Below are positions 63,555 through 64,000 of a DNA stretch of 64,000 nt, piece by piece. This DNA is from Glaucostegus cemiculus. Its lineage: Eukaryota. Made by a program: the position numbers and the translations under genes. The stretch spans positions 7,192,001 through 7,256,000 of the forward strand of contig CDPCPM010000120.1 in assembly GCA_976551045.1 (NCBI GenBank). The letters are read 5' to 3'. Below the pieces are notes generated by a model that saw only the letters and a list, made by a program, of their open reading frames with translations, did no database searches and was not told where the DNA came from. How positions within the stretch are numbered: position 1 is the stretch's first letter; each line of letters opens with the position of its first letter.

Positions 63555-63845
63555 CAATAAATTATTCTTTATGTGTAGCTGCTTTTGCAATGTAGGAAAA
63601 GCACCAACTAATTTGAGCACAGTAAGAACCCACAAATAATAATAATAAGAAGAACAAGAAAATATGCTATAGTGGTTGTTTGCGGTGGAGTGGAGAGGAG
63701 GTTGTGCAGTGGGAAATATTCACAGTATTCTCGAAAAAACTCCACTGAAGCAGCATGAAGGGCATTTGTTTAGCATCCTTAAATTGAAGAATGATCAGCT
63801 TAAGCTGATGAAGTCATGTTATGCAAACTTGCACTGATCGTAGGG
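63555..63845 (-). mobile_element. Old Deu-type SINE
   Basis: GTGTAGCTGC..TTGCAATGTAGGAAAAGCA.CAACTAATTTG.GCACAGTAAGA.CCCACAAA parallels 59460-59520. Confidence 0.55.
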
Positions 63846-64000
63846 TTTAATTGTCTGACACAAAATTTTGTTGCAGGCATTTTGAAGTTTAATCTGCTTT
63901 AATATGCCTGTACATCAAGGGTGGAAAATGGCGGTGCACTTGGTTGCTGCGGCCACTCCCTGGTCCGTGGTGTTTTGTATTTTTTGTTAGTTTTTTAGTG

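Noticed and set aside
1-64000. CRISPR arrays, operons, rRNA or other prokaryotic systems
   Set aside because: Vertebrate-type repeat-rich DNA; no regularly spaced repeat-spacer array, dense ORFs or rRNA-like sequence seen.

Overview
Eukaryotic, AT-rich, gene-poor 64 kb with one 249-N gap (23211-23459). The repeat content (HE1/V-SINE-type SINEs, Deu-type SINEs, abundant Penelope-like terminal repeats, CR1, RTE, Rex-Babar, L1) points to a cartilaginous fish, probably a ray or shark (inference). I recognise no intact host gene or exon; the window looks like a large intron or gene desert. Nearly all supplied ORFs are spurious or TE-derived. Best-supported items: a CpG-decayed histone H4 pseudogene (19426-19713, -); a fossil two-ORF PIF/Harbinger transposon with nested insertions (~5.8-9.3 kb); an 838-bp solo LTR with a 4-bp TSD plus an inverted, truncated sister copy 30 kb away; Penelope-like elements carrying decayed minimal hammerhead-ribozyme motifs; tiny Penelope-tail insertions with exact 11-17 bp TSDs; a ~200-bp duplication with an internal 22-bp micro-inversion; and a fold-back insertion inside L1 ORF2. 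I found no convincing new biological system. All family calls are by-eye motif recognition, no database search was run, and boundaries of old repeats are approximate.
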